This document shows positions 13,601 through 26,857 of a stretch of DNA of 64,000 nucleotides, piece by piece (position 1 is the stretch's first letter; every line of letters begins with the position of its first letter). The position numbers and the translations under genes were made by a program. A model generated the notes under the pieces. The model was not told where the DNA came from. It worked only from the letters and a program-made list of their open reading frames with translations, and did not search any database. Location: the NCBI RefSeq assembly GCF_001194135.2, contig NC_068983.1, positions 79,926,204-79,990,203 on the forward strand, in the 5' to 3' direction. The DNA comes from Octopus bimaculoides (lineage: Eukaryota).

Positions 13601-13973
13601 ATAATGGTGACAAATAATCTGAAATCCTAAGATTCCTTAGAATTTTTGCAGAACAAGGGATAGCAATTATTTTGCAAGCTCCCAATACAAATCTCCATTC
13701 CAATATTCTTCAGACTCTAGGTGTTTAGATTTTGTGAAGAATGCACTGATTATTACAGGAACAATTTTCACTTTTTGTGTTTCATAAGCTCTTATCTCTC
13801 TGGCTTTGTCCTGATATTTTTCAATATTTTAAGTTTCCTCAATATCCCACTTTTCTATCATAGAGAACTGCAAAATCTGTATTCTTACAATGTTTGTTCT
13901 TTCTGTCATCCAGGATTATATCTGATATCTTTGCCTTATTATTATTATTATTATTAATAATATTATATCTCTC

Positions 13974-14385
13974 GGCAGCGAGCTGGAAGAATCCTTAACA
14001 TGCCAGGCAAAATGCTTAGTGGCATTTCATCCATCTTTACGTTCTGAGTTAAAATTCTGCTGAGGTCAACTTTGCCTTTCATCCTTTCAGGATTGGTGAA
14101 ATAAGCACCAGATATACACTGAGGTCGATGTAATTGACTAACCCCCCCCTCCCCCAAAATTTCAGGCCTTGTGCCTATAGTAGAAAGGATTATTATTATT
14201 ATTATTATTATTATTAATAATAATAATAATATCACGGTCAGCTTTGCCTTTCACCCTTTTGGGGCTAATAAAATAAAGTATGGGCCAAGTAATGGAGTTG
14301 ATGTAATCGACTTGCACCCTCCCATCAAAATTGCTGGCCTTGTGCTAAAATTAAAAAGAATTTTTATCATTATCATCATAATTAT
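13974..14385 (+). mobile_element. Family A SINE plus (ATT)n plus a partial second copy
   Basis: Matches 10392-10603; tandem partial copy from about 14235. Confidence 0.85.
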
Positions 14386-14895
14386 CATCTTCAGCAGATG
14401 CAGATTTTGTTGTTATTGATTTCTGTGTGGTATACATGCTTAGTTGCAAAAAAGATTGCACTTACACTACACTATTAGATTGTATCACCATCACCAATTT
14501 GCACATTGTGTTTCTAAGAAAGACCCTTAAAGCCTCATATCTAACAAAGAAATTATTAGCTTAATCCTAGTGACATGAATGTGATAGCTCAAATAATAGA
14601 CTGCTTCTCACAGATTGTAAATCCTGATAACTTTACAATGCATACAGCCTTTGAGCTGCTAGCTGAGGAAATATGACTAGGCAGTAACAGTACCATTGTT
14701 GTGAAAATAATTTATCTAAACCTCAAAATAGCAAAATGTTGGCTTTCCATGTGTGACTGACTGTATGACACTCTCTGCCTTCTTTGCTTTTGGCATGTTA
14801 ATGTGGATTAAATGAAACTGCAAATTTGCAAGTGTTCAAACGGTTTTATGGTTGCTTGCCATTTCCAGCAGAAACTATTCAATTTATAAAGTAGG

Positions 14896-14953
14896 CTAAT
14901 TTCTTCATTTTCATTTTTTTTTTCTCTCTTCCCCAGCTTCATAAGCTGTGAGG
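14896..14953 (+). other. Strong 3' splice site with candidate 11-nt microexon (14937-14947)
   Basis: CTAAT branch motif, ~34-nt almost pure pyrimidine tract, ccccag, then cttcataagct and gtgagg. Confidence 0.3.
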
Positions 14954-15163
14954 CAAACACCTCAACCTTTAAGCAATGTTGCTTTTTTCAATCATTGCAC
15001 ATCACTAATGCTTCCTTCTCATCCCCAAAAGTTTTTGTTTCCAAAGATATAAATTAAATTAAGTCCTACTCTTTTGCACATCATATTTAAGTTTTCTTGC
15101 CAACTTTCTCCAAACATTCACTCATTGAAATCTCTCCTTCTTCTTTCCATATTTCTCTATATG

Positions 15164-15209
<46 letters not shown>

Positions 15210-15704
15210 TGTATGTATACATGTATGTACTTAGATCAGTCTATCTTTTCTCCTTATTTCTCTATCTTTCCATTCCTCTTTCTTACTTTTCTCCCTTCTC
15301 ACTCCTCTTTCATCCCCTTTCTCTTTTATTTCCCCTTCACATTTCTTGTCTTTTTCCTTATCCCCACTCTCTTTCCTCCTTCCTCTCCATTCTCTCTCTC
15401 TCTCACTCTAGTTCTGTGCATATAACTATTACACAAGAATAAACTTGAATTAGTCCTTTGATGTGCTTTCAAGCAGTCACATTAAATTTTGTTTTTCATT
15501 ATCATGATTGTTTCAAGCTTGTCTTTCATTTATTCTAAACAAAACTGAAAGCAGCCTGATGGAGCAAATAGATATTGTTTATGCAAGCCTAAGTGGGCTG
15601 TATACTATACTATGAAGATATGTTTACTGACAAACTTTTCCTGATATAGAGAACATATTTATTATTATTAAAAGAAAACATCATCATCATCATTATTATT
15701 TTTT

Positions 15705-15930
15705 AGAGTGGTGGATTTGCAGAATCATTAGAGCATTATAGCAGTGCAGTATTTCTTCTGACTCTTTATACATTCTGAGTTCAAAACCCACTGAGGTCAC
15801 TTTGCCTTTCATCCTTCTGTGGTCGATAAAATAATATATCACTCAGTTACTGGGATCAATAGTATCAACTGGCTCTCTCTCCCCTCAAAGGTGCTTGTCT
15901 TGTACCTAAATTAGAAACAGTAGTTATTTC
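15705..15930 (+). mobile_element. Family A SINE
   Basis: gagttcaaaacccactgaggtcactttgcctttcatcc. Confidence 0.8.
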
Positions 15931-17231
15931 TATTAGACAAGTACTTTATTGATTGTTATTTAGGTGAAAGAAACATAAATGTTATTAATCTTTCCCGGAC
16001 AATGCACCCAAGGCCACATCATTTTGTTTTCATTTTTTAAATAGAAGAGCACAAGATAAGGGACATTTGGTTACTGTCTCTAGCAGGCTGAATGACCACA
16101 CAGAGGTGCCCATTGTGGCTAAATCACTAATTGTTTTCTTAATAAGGAGAAATTATTTATCTTGGCCAAATAATCACAAGATAACCTGAAATTTTGCCAA
16201 ACATTACTTCCTGCCACTATAACATTGCCAGATTTTACCTTTTTATAATAATATTCACAGATTGATGGGCTTATTGTTTTGCATATTTGTTCATATTTAC
16301 TGAGTAGAAAAATAAACATTTAGGTATGTTCTGTGTAAGTAATGTAAGTGATATATATCAAATTTGTGTGTGTGTGAGATGAAATTACCATTGTTATTTA
16401 TATAAAATAATTTTGCTTCTTACTTTCAATTTTCAATCTTTACAGACAGTAGTTTATATAGTCAAGTTCAATTTGTGATTTGTTCCATTTGTTCTATTTA
16501 TTTTTCTATTACAAAATGGTGTGATAATAGATGAAATAGCTTCTGGTTTTCAATAATTGAAAATTTGAACATTTGATAAATTTATTCTAAATAGTGCCTT
16601 CAATTGGTCGACTTTAATATACTTATGTGAACCAAACAAAACTTCTTATTCTTTGCAGAAATTGAGAGAGAGAGAGAGCAAAAGAGAGAGAAATGTTCAA
16701 ATGATTTGAAATTAGATAGATTGTATTCACTGACAATTTATATTTTTGTTCTTATTTCTATTCAAGTAAACAGTAAATGTTTTGATTTTACTTATTTATT
16801 TTGATAACTTTTATAAAAGACTTCCATTTTCTTTCACAGTGATTGAACCAATATAGGAGACTCTATGTGGCCATTCAACCTTTTACGAATGCTATTATTA
16901 TTGTTTTACATCACTTATTTCTAATTTAGTTGTAATATCTGAACAGTGTCATCTTACATGAATTTTACTGATCTTCATATTTCTTTTAATGTATTAAAAT
17001 GTTGAACAATTTGTTGCTTTTATCAGCTCTAGGGTGGGCACAGTGTGGCATTAGTTTGGTATCTTGTCTTGTTGTTACATATTTCATTTGATGATGAAAT
17101 TTTGTATTGTTTCCTATATTATTGGATAGTTTGCAATATGTCTGCAGGTTACAAACCTATTCTACATTAGTAACAACTTGTTAAGTTTTATATATATATA
17201 TACATATGTACACACACACACACACACACAC

Positions 17232-17271
<40 letters not shown>

Positions 17272-17313
17272 CACACACATATATATATACATGCATGCAC
17301 ACACACACACACG

Positions 17314-17352
<39 letters not shown>

Positions 17353-18497
17353 TTCCTATTGTAAATTATAGAATGTTATACTCTACAATGAAAAACAAAA
17401 CATTTCTGTTTCAGTTTTACTCCAAAAGTTCATTCAATTTACAGATGATTATCTATTTGAAACAAACTTTTATTGAAATAAACAAGTATGCCATTTTCTA
17501 TTTGAATAATTTGTCTCACCTTCATCCCATAGATAGCATTGTTACAAAGAACAATCAGCTAGTGATATACATAGTGTGGCTAATGCAACCACTCTGTCAC
17601 ATGGTTCCCCGCCCCCCAAGCATTATAACTATATTGAAATTTGATGAAGGAGAGTGGCAGCATTAAAATGAATCAGTCCATAAATGACTTCTATTTAGTC
17701 ATCTATCATCTTCTGCTCCTCTCTGCTGCAGATCTGTGGCCAAGATGTCAAGGGTGGTACTACCCTATATGTGGCATTCCAGTAGAATGTCTTGAATTTT
17801 CTGATCTCAAAAATTTGTATATTTTGCTTGCTTCTGTGTGTTTCAGCTTTTGCTAATTATATATTTTAGATTATATGCTAGTGCAGACTTTTGTAACACA
17901 ATTCTATTGACATCTATTTAACTTGTTAGAAAATAGATTTTAGTTTCTAATCTTCTTAATGCTAAAGAAATATCAGCTAAGTACTATCTCTCTGAGCTCT
18001 ACTGGTTTCTGAATTGACTTCTTGGAATACATTATTTTCTGTAAAAGAGTCTCACAAATTGAAAAAAAAAAAACTATCCTTAAACATTATTTATCATCAA
18101 ATTATTACAGATATTTATTTTCGTTTCACGTCTGTTTTCAACGCTACCATACGTTGCACTTATTTTCTACTTGAGACGTTTTTATAAATTTTATAAGTAC
18201 TTTTTTTTAATGGAACTGTTTTCTAAATACAAACCACTATCTTACAAAGTTCCCACACTATATAAAGACACTGTATTATAATTTTTCTTGTGTTGATCAA
18301 AGTATAAAAATAATCTTGGACATTTAATAATAATTATTAAATAAAATATCTCTCAATCTTCTAGTCAAGTCTCCTACAAGAAAGACATCTCTGCAAGTTG
18401 ACATTTATAATAAATAAAAAAGAAAAGGAAAAGAAATACCACATGCACACATGAATTTCCAGTTCTTTGGGTTTTTTTTATTCATCACATCTCTTCA

Positions 18498-18535
<38 letters not shown>

Positions 18536-20826
18536 TAGATAGATATAGTTAATAGTATTCTAAGAGAACAGTTCTCAGTCGCTCTAACAATGTAATGGGT
18601 GCATTAAATGCATAGTAGTTTATAGGTAACTAATAATAGATTACACTATTTGAATATATCTTTAGATGTACCCTATATTATTACATAGATATGCTGAAGG
18701 TAAAGCTAAGGATCAAATATTTTTTTATGATAAATTTTTATTTGTTTTTCTTTTAATTATAGATTTTTTTAAAAGTACTTTACTTCTTAACGTCAATGTG
18801 CTCTTCTTTTATTAAAAGAATAAGAAGTGAAATGTGTCCTTGCAACAACCTGTTTTTACTTAAAACCAAAGCTCAGACCTATTATAACTAATTAATTGCT
18901 TCATATTTTTATAATGAAAATTTCTAGCAAAATCAAAGTGGTTCCATCTTGTTTAATAAACAATAACATTTCTTATGTTATTGTTGACATCACAAAAGCA
19001 TTCAATCATATCTAGTGAGGGAACCTCCAGCGTAAATTGTCCACTTATAAGGTTTAAATGTATTGCAATGTGTTATAATAGGAGTTATCATCAATCCACT
19101 CTTTTAACTCTCATGTAACCCAAGGATTATTATATCGCCCACATACTGCAAATAATAAAGTCTTAACTCCTCCTTTTCTGACTAGCTAATAACAGTGTGT
19201 GTGTTCTTGTATGCATGCATGCATGTGTAAAATTGATGATTCACTCTCCAGCTACTCAAGGTTTCATGTGATATGTCCGTTCAACCTTTATCTATATAAA
19301 TATCAATAAACCTGAATGAGGGCATCATGCGAAACACCAACTAACTAGGCAATGAATCATTGACTTTATACATGTAACTCCAAATAAATTTATTGAGTGC
19401 TATTTGTTTTCATTTGCAGTACTAAGCACACATGCATATCCACACACACACACACACACATACTTTCCAATATGAACTGAGTTGTGTATGTGTATGCATT
19501 TTGTATTAGAGACTACTTAAGCTTATTCCTTGCATTTCAAATTCTCATTACTATAATGTATGGTATAAATGTGAACAAGACTAAACCATTTTTCATATAA
19601 ATATCTAATAATTTTATTTGCTTTTTGAAATCTCAATTGTTTGCCTCTGATAATTATATTTTCAACTAAAAACATTGAAACTACTGGATTTGATTATAAA
19701 TTCATCACAAGATAATTTCTATTTACTGTATTCCCTGTTTCATCATTATGAACAGTGGTTTACTATTTGCCATATAATGAGTTACATGGCATCACCTTTT
19801 CAACTCTGTCAGTTCTCTCTTGAGCTACAAGTTTTTATATCATTCTATACTCCTTTGACCTACCTCTTCTGCTGTTGCATCAAATATCAATTTATAGCAT
19901 TTCCATACTTAAATCTGTCTCAGTTACTCATCTATCATTTTGTTTCATTTCAGAGTGTGTTCTGTTCATTCTGAGTTTAATTGTATTTGTATTATGTCTT
20001 TGTATTTGTGCTTTTTGAAAACTAAAAAGAAAGATTCAGGATCATTATATAAAAAGTAAAGAAACAATTGATTAATAACGATGCTTTCTATGGTTTTATT
20101 GTTAGTTAGTTATCAGAAAAAAAAAGTTTCATATAAGCAAGTTTCCAATCCTCTTCTAAATGACAAACATTTACATAGGCTTATATAAAATTAAAGGAAA
20201 GACTGTATCATACAAATATGCACCTAAGTAGTTGAACAACTAACAAAGAGTTAGATCTTGGTGCATTTACAGGGTGATAGGTTAGGTTATTGATTGTAGT
20301 AAACTATGTACTTCAGTGTCAATGACTACAGAATTAGAAGAATGTACTGGCTAGAATGTTTGTATATTGTACAGACAGGATAGTAAGTTCTTAATTTGGG
20401 TCATATGATAATAGCTAGGATGGGAAGTAATAGTTAAATTATTTCAAAATACTTCATAAATATTGAAAACAAAGACTTCATTTTCTTGCTTTTCCCATTG
20501 ATAAAACGCCAATACTTTTAAACACTTGAGTTATTTTGATTGGAGAGAAATTGTAGCTGAATTGAATGTAAAATTTAGGTAAGAACACTATCTCTTGATA
20601 TTGATATCTAGACTGAAATAATCAATGTTTACCTATTGTTACAACTAGTTTTTATTGCTCATTTTTATGACCAGTATGTATTTTAAAACAACTAATATAA
20701 TTAAAACTCTGCTAATAAAAGTTTTTGGGATTTACTTCTGTGACTGCAGAATGACTTATAGGAAAAGTATTATTTGAATAAAATATTTTATTCTTATCAA
20801 TATCATATTTTAGAATTCGTTACCTA

Positions 20827-20863
<37 letters not shown>

Positions 20864-21510
20864 TTTCTGTATTTTAAAACAGACATGCATTTTTATTGAA
20901 AACCATACAGTGTTGTCATAGTTATTTTGTATCATTACTTGTGTAGCTTTTGTAATATGTATCATTAAAATTATATCCACACCATGACTATATAAATTCA
21001 TGTTCAACAAAACAGATTGCAAAGAATTTTTTTTTTGCCTCTAGTGTATCTTGTTATTTGATTGATCACATCTGCATCATATTTTTATATCACACTATCT
21101 ATTTATTGGAAGGTCTATCCAGCTTACATTAAGATAGATCCACAGGAATAATCAGATACCTAAGATAGAGAGAGGAGTAGGTTGGGGAGAGAGACAAAAT
21201 CCTTGCACACGGTGATGGTATACCTCAGTATTTTCTAGAAAAATGAAGCATCTGTCTTGTCAGTCCGTGTCAAACTTAATCATTTAATTGTAGGCATACC
21301 ATCACATGGTTTCCATTTTTAAGATTACAGAATTTTAGATATATTTAGTTGCTACATTAATAGAACCATAACAAAAGATCTTTCAGTGGCTCAAGAATCT
21401 TCTTCATTGGCATAGTATTTTATTTTCATTGTAATTCAACAAATCTTGAAAATATTTCTTCATATTAGTATTAAATTTTGTGCATGAACATATATATATT
21501 TATTTTAAAA

Positions 21511-21610
21511 TATCCTGTTAATTCTAAATGTTTTTTTCTATTCCAGGTAAGTATAATACTTGAAGTCGAGTGATTTATATTTCTAAATCAAGTTTGTGCT
21601 ATTTGTGAGT
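21511..21610 (+). other. Candidate recursive splice site (ratchet point) with RS-exon
   Basis: Branch-like gttaat/ctaaat, tract tttttttctattccag, then immediately GTAAGT (21547). AG-free for 76 nt upstream. Downstream donor GTGAGT at 21605. Confidence 0.6.
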
Positions 21611-22904
21611 ATAACAATATTATATTAAATTTAATTTCTATTAAAGAATTAGTGAGTAGTTGTATGTTATCTGTTTCATATCTTTTCATTAGAAGAACTC
21701 ATTTTTCTTACCATTTTTTTTTAATGTAGATAGCATAAAATAATGCAATTAATAAAACATTCAAATGAAAGTAACCAAAAAACATTGTTTTTATCCAATA
21801 CTTTAAAAATATAATTTGTAGTGTATCTGTATTTCAGTGAAATATATTTGTGATATTTTAATATCAAATAAATAGTGCTGTTCATAAATAGACTATTGCA
21901 TTTCAAAATTATGAATATGCATTCATCATCATACTCATCATCATCATCAGTATTATAGCATCCACTTTCCAGCTAGGATGGGTCTCATTGTCTTATCTGA
22001 AAGACTCAATATTTTAAAATTTGACCTCACCACTTCTTTCCATGTTATCTTCCTTAACCACAAATTAGTGCTCTCATGAAAAGGAGATAGCAATTTTCAC
22101 TCTGCACCCATCATCCATTTGCATTTTCTACCATGCAAATGTAGTCAACCCTCTTGCTTATATCATCTGATATGAGCCAACAAAGGAGATGCTACTTGGT
22201 GATTCAAGCTCTTGAAAATAGCAGCCAAAATTCCTTCAAATTACACCTTGTCAAAGAGAAAGAAGTCATTGAATAAGGCAGTCCTGGGTACACCATGTGT
22301 GAAAAGAAAATGGAATGGTTATGACTTGAATGTCTTTAATTAATTGTCTGCTGGATAAATCTGACCATGGGCTACACAGCAATATCAGTTAATGTCATTA
22401 ATACCCATAAACTTCCTTAGCTTGCTTGTGTTCCACCTTTCATGCAGATCAACATTGTACATTCGATAAATTATACTTCCTTAAAAACTTCCACAAAATT
22501 CCAAGCTTCATACGTTTTATGAATGCCTCATACTTCTAAATTACATCATTTTAATTTTCTAAGATTTATTTCTTTATTATTATTATTATTTTGGCTTAAC
22601 ATTGCTTAACATTGCTTTAGATTTTTATGATATATCTCAGTTTTTGTGTCCCTTTTTTATCCGTGTGATTCAATCTTGTAATGCTTCTTTGATCAACCTC
22701 CACTTTAAGAAACAACTGTTATCTCCTCAATATGAGAATAGAATAGAACTAGTTGACAAATGTGGGGAAACTGAAAGGTCCAGTCCTCAGTTCCTTTCTA
22801 TTCATCCATAGTCCAGAGAAGTTTAAGACCAGATGCCTGTCAAAACTGATATATATATATATAGTAAATAAATTTTAAAAAATGAAGAACAAACACAAGA
22901 AAAA

Positions 22905-23160
22905 AAAAACAACATGAGGACGTGGTACATGCAAAGTATTAGCAGACACTAAAGGAAGGAAAGGAAGGTGGTTTTACGCTTCAAGCAAAACTCTTCATCA
23001 GAAACAAGAGATGGTGGAAAGTCTAAGAGAAAAGGAAAACGGAGGAAAAAGAATTACCAACGATTCATGTGTATTTTGGAGTACCTAATTTGTGGAATTC
23101 TTTCTACCATCAGATTACATTACCTTGTTCATTTGATATACACCATTTCTGCACCTTGAT
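22905..23160 (-). mobile_element. Penelope-like terminal-repeat fragment carrying a degenerate hammerhead motif
   Basis: Minus-strand GTTT-CTGATGA-A-GAGT-TTT-GCTT-GAAG-C-GTA-AAAC at 22971-23005. Confidence 0.5.
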
Positions 23161-23194
23161 TGTGAATATATATATATATATGACTACATTCTTA

Positions 23195-24100
23195 TTGTAG
23201 AATCTGTAGAAGAATGGGAAAATAAATTCCAGGTGAAGAAGTAAAACCTGAAATCAAAGATCCTCAGAGTTAACTTAGAAAAGACCAAACTTTCTGAAAG
23301 TAAGAACATTGAGAATTTTATTTCCAACAGGAAAATAGCCTTGCTCAATATATTGCAAAGAGTAACATTGCACTGGGTATGTATACTGTATCCAGTGTAA
23401 GCAATGGACACACAAGAGACACTGTGAAATCACAGGCAGGATAACAGAGAAAGTAGACTTTATACACTGTAAATGTGCAAGAGCAGTAAACGCTAAAAAA
23501 ACATGAGAAATAGATTTTCTAAAATGCCTGGAACAATCCCTAGAGGTAATAGATAGCTTCTTTTAACTAAGCGATCTAATTAGCATTGGTGGAAGTTCTG
23601 AAAGTATAGTAATTGGAGTAAAATTACACTGAAGCAAATTCAGAGAGGTATTAGCTTTGTTGGTAACAAAAGGTATATCATTTAGAGCAAATCACAGGCT
23701 GTGTGATGCTTGTGTGTGAACTGCAATAGTACATGATAGTGAGACATGCATCCTGAATTCAGAGGACTTGCAAAGATTTGAAAGAAATGAAGTGTGCATG
23801 CTTTGCAGAATGTGTAATGTTCGAATGCATAAACAATGAAGTACGAACGGTGAAAGTAAAAGTGGCCATGAGAGAAATCAGATGTAGTGTGCAAGAGAGG
23901 AAACTGTATCAGTATGAGCATATAATACATATGGATGATGGCAGCTGTATATAAAGTGCCAATTACTTAATGTAGATGAAACCTGTAAAAGAGAGAGATT
24001 CAGAAAGACATGGTAGAAAATAATGGAAACTGATCTCACAGAGATGAGAAAAGGCTGAGATGACTGGCAATATGCAGTTCGCTTAAGAAAACCCTCATAT
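23195..24100 (+). mobile_element. Older, decayed copy of the PHD-containing RTE LINE
   Basis: Degenerate translation LRVNLEKTKL...PCSIYC...CIQCKQWTHKR...; nucleotide similarity to 36640-37380. Confidence 0.8.
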
Positions 24101-24518
24101 TACAATGAAACTGAGGTACTAGAAGCAAAATGCATATGCACACAACTGGTTCCCTCACCCAATTTGTGCCTTTCCTCTCTCATCTTCCTATAATTCATCC
24201 CTCCAACATTCTCCTAACTGCTACATTATTCTACAGATGTTATTAAATGAGAACAGATCTACATTTTTCATCCCATTTTTGTGTTACCAGCTATCTCTCT
24301 CACTTCTCAGAACCCTTCCTTTTGACATTCATCCATCATTCTTAGCACCTTCTCATATATACCATTGACTACCTTCACCTTTTTTCCCAGTTACTACATT
24401 CACTACTATGTACTTCTGAATTCCTACCATAATACCTCTCTCATTCCCCCATACACTCTCACAACCTTTACCCACCCACTCAGGCATCACCCTATGTCTG
24501 AGCCTTCCACTGTTTACT

Positions 24519-24552
<34 letters not shown>

Positions 24553-25525
24553 CATCATTATATGGAAACTCACAGCTTATTGTTCTGGGTGTGATGGAAC
24601 GTGTCAGCTGTTCACAGACTGCAGACAAAGGTGACACTTATTTACTAGTCATGCTTCAAGAACCCTGCAAAAGACTCTTGCAGTTCCAAGCAGTGATGAT
24701 TTTTCTAGGTGTTCTACCTTCACATTTGCACCGATCCTTTTCAGCCATGTTGCTAGTTGAGTACTGATACTCCTAAGTGCACCAATTACTACTGGTATTG
24801 CATTTACTCTTTTCATTGGCCACAATCTTCGTATTTCCCACTTCAAATCATCGTAGTTGTTTTATTTTTTCTTCTTCTTTCACATTGATCCTGTTGTTAC
24901 CGGGGCATGTTATGTCGATTATCATATATGGTCTTTCTTCTTTATTCACCTCAACAATGTCTGGTGATCACACTGGATCATTGCATCCCACAGGATTTTG
25001 CAATTCTCATTTTCGGTGACTCCTTCTGAAGTTTTCTCATACCATGTCCTTGCTCTTTGTAGGCTGTGATTTCCACAGATCTCCTAATGGATCATTCTTG
25101 CCACATTGTCAGGACATCTTTTGTATTTGCATTGTGCCAATTTCAGGCATTCACTAACAATGTGCCATACCATTTCACCCCTCTCACCACACATTCTGCA
25201 TTTGTCACTATCAGTAGTGTTGTCTATTCCACACTTCATATAATTAGTCCTTAATGCTTGTTCCTGAACTGCGCATATGAATGCTTCTCTCTCTATCTTC
25301 AGGTCACTCTTTATCCATAGGCACCAGTCCTCTGTATCTGTCTTGACGTTCACATCTCTTGCAAACTGACTGTACATTTCCTCTTCTTTCCATGCTTTTT
25401 CTTTTTTATTTGGTTCTTGTTTGAATTTTTCTTTATTTATGCAATTTTCAGTTTTGATGACACTGGCCTACTTTGTGTGTTTCAACAGTAGCTCCACAGC
25501 ATTTTTTATATACCACCCTTGACTG
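24519..25525 (-). mobile_element. R4/Dong-type non-LTR retrotransposon 3' part (CCHC zinc finger plus restriction-like endonuclease)
   Basis: CRMCGERGEMVWHIVSEC (C-x2-C-x8-H-x4-C), KILWD, PDIVEVNKEERPYMIIDITCPG (PD...D), KWEIRRLW...IPVVIGAL...LGTARV. The 3' end runs into (TAA)n. Confidence 0.9.
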
Positions 25526-25559
25526 TTTTCTTCTACTTCGATATAGTCATGACAACTTA

Positions 25560-25772
25560 TCAAAGCCATCAGAATCATTAGCATGCTGGGCAAAATGCTT
25601 AGTGGTATTTCATCCATCTTTACATTCTGAGTTCAAATTCTGTTGAGGTCGACTTTGGAATTTCATCTCTTTGGGATGTCAATAAAATAAATACCAGTAT
25701 AGTACTGGGGTTGATGTAATCAACTGTCTCCCTTCCCTACAAATTTTAGGCCTTGTGCCTTTAGTAGAAAGG

Positions 25773-25828
<56 letters not shown>

Positions 25829-25830
25829 GC
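25560..25830 (+). mobile_element. Family A SINE with long (ATT)n tail
   Basis: gagttcaaattctgttgaggtcgactttg...ggccttgtgcct. Confidence 0.85.
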
Positions 25831-26016
25831 CACTCTTCATCCTCTCTCTACTGCAAGTCATCACTTCCTGTCCCCTGAACCACTTCTATTTGGGTCTATC
25901 TTTCTTTCTCATCGTTTTTCTCTTCCAGGTCATATTTGCCATCAACTTTTGTTCAACATGCACTACATTCATCCCTATCACATCTTTAAACATCATCCAC
26001 TCTCTTTTATGCCCAT

Positions 26017-26189
26017 AGGTGTAGGCATGGCTGTAGAAGCAAGTGTGGCTGTATGATCAACAAGTTTGCTTCACAACCACCTAGTTTTGAGTTCAGTCCC
26101 ACTGTGTGGCACCTTGGTCAGATATCTCCTGTTATAGCTCAGGTAAACCAAAACCTTGAGTGAATTTTGTTGATGGAAACTGAAAGTAG

Positions 26190-26251
<62 letters not shown>

Positions 26252-26445
26252 TCTGTGTCTACTTGTCTTGACATCACATGATAACTGCAAATGAATGTAA
26301 CTTTCATACAAGCAGTGCCATTCGTTTCCGTATTTCTCTGAAAGTATGTCTGGCCAAGGGAAAATAATATCTTGCTTGGAAGCAGGTGTGGGTTGGTGAC
26401 AGAAAGAGCATGCTTCAATAAATGTGAGCATGGAAAAGTTGACAT
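26017..26445 (+). mobile_element. tRNA-derived CORE-like SINE (family B here) with internal (GT)n
   Basis: ggtgtaggcatggctgt...gagttcagtcccactgtgtggcaccttgg...ggaaactgaaag, (GT)n, then tail. Confidence 0.85.
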
Positions 26446-26653
26446 TAAAACAATGATAATGATGATGACAGTGATGCAAACTGAAGTTACTTATTTGTTT
26501 CAAAAATGATTTTATTTCTTGAGTTTTGGATATACAACCAAATCTTTTAATATTTCAATAATCACAATGTGACCATTTGAAATACTTGGAATCTGTGTAG
26601 GATGTCTATTCACTTTATAACATTATACTACTTCTAAACTTGTAGGTTTATAG

Positions 26654-26740
26654 CAGTGGTTCCCAACCAGGGATCTGTAGTCCCTTGGTGGTCCGCAAAA
26701 GTAGTACTGGGGGTCCGTGAACTAAATTTAGAATTTTATA

Positions 26741-26791
<51 letters not shown>

Positions 26792-26857
26792 GAGGATAAG
26801 CATATTAAAAGGGGGCTATAGGAAATCTAATTTGAATAAAACAGTTGGGAACAACTG
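26654..26857. mobile_element. hAT-type MITE with an internal (TG)n(TA)n tract
   Basis: TIRs cagtggttcccaacc / agttgggaacaactg match at 13 of 15; 8-bp TSD gtttatag / gtttacag matches at 7 of 8. Confidence 0.85.
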
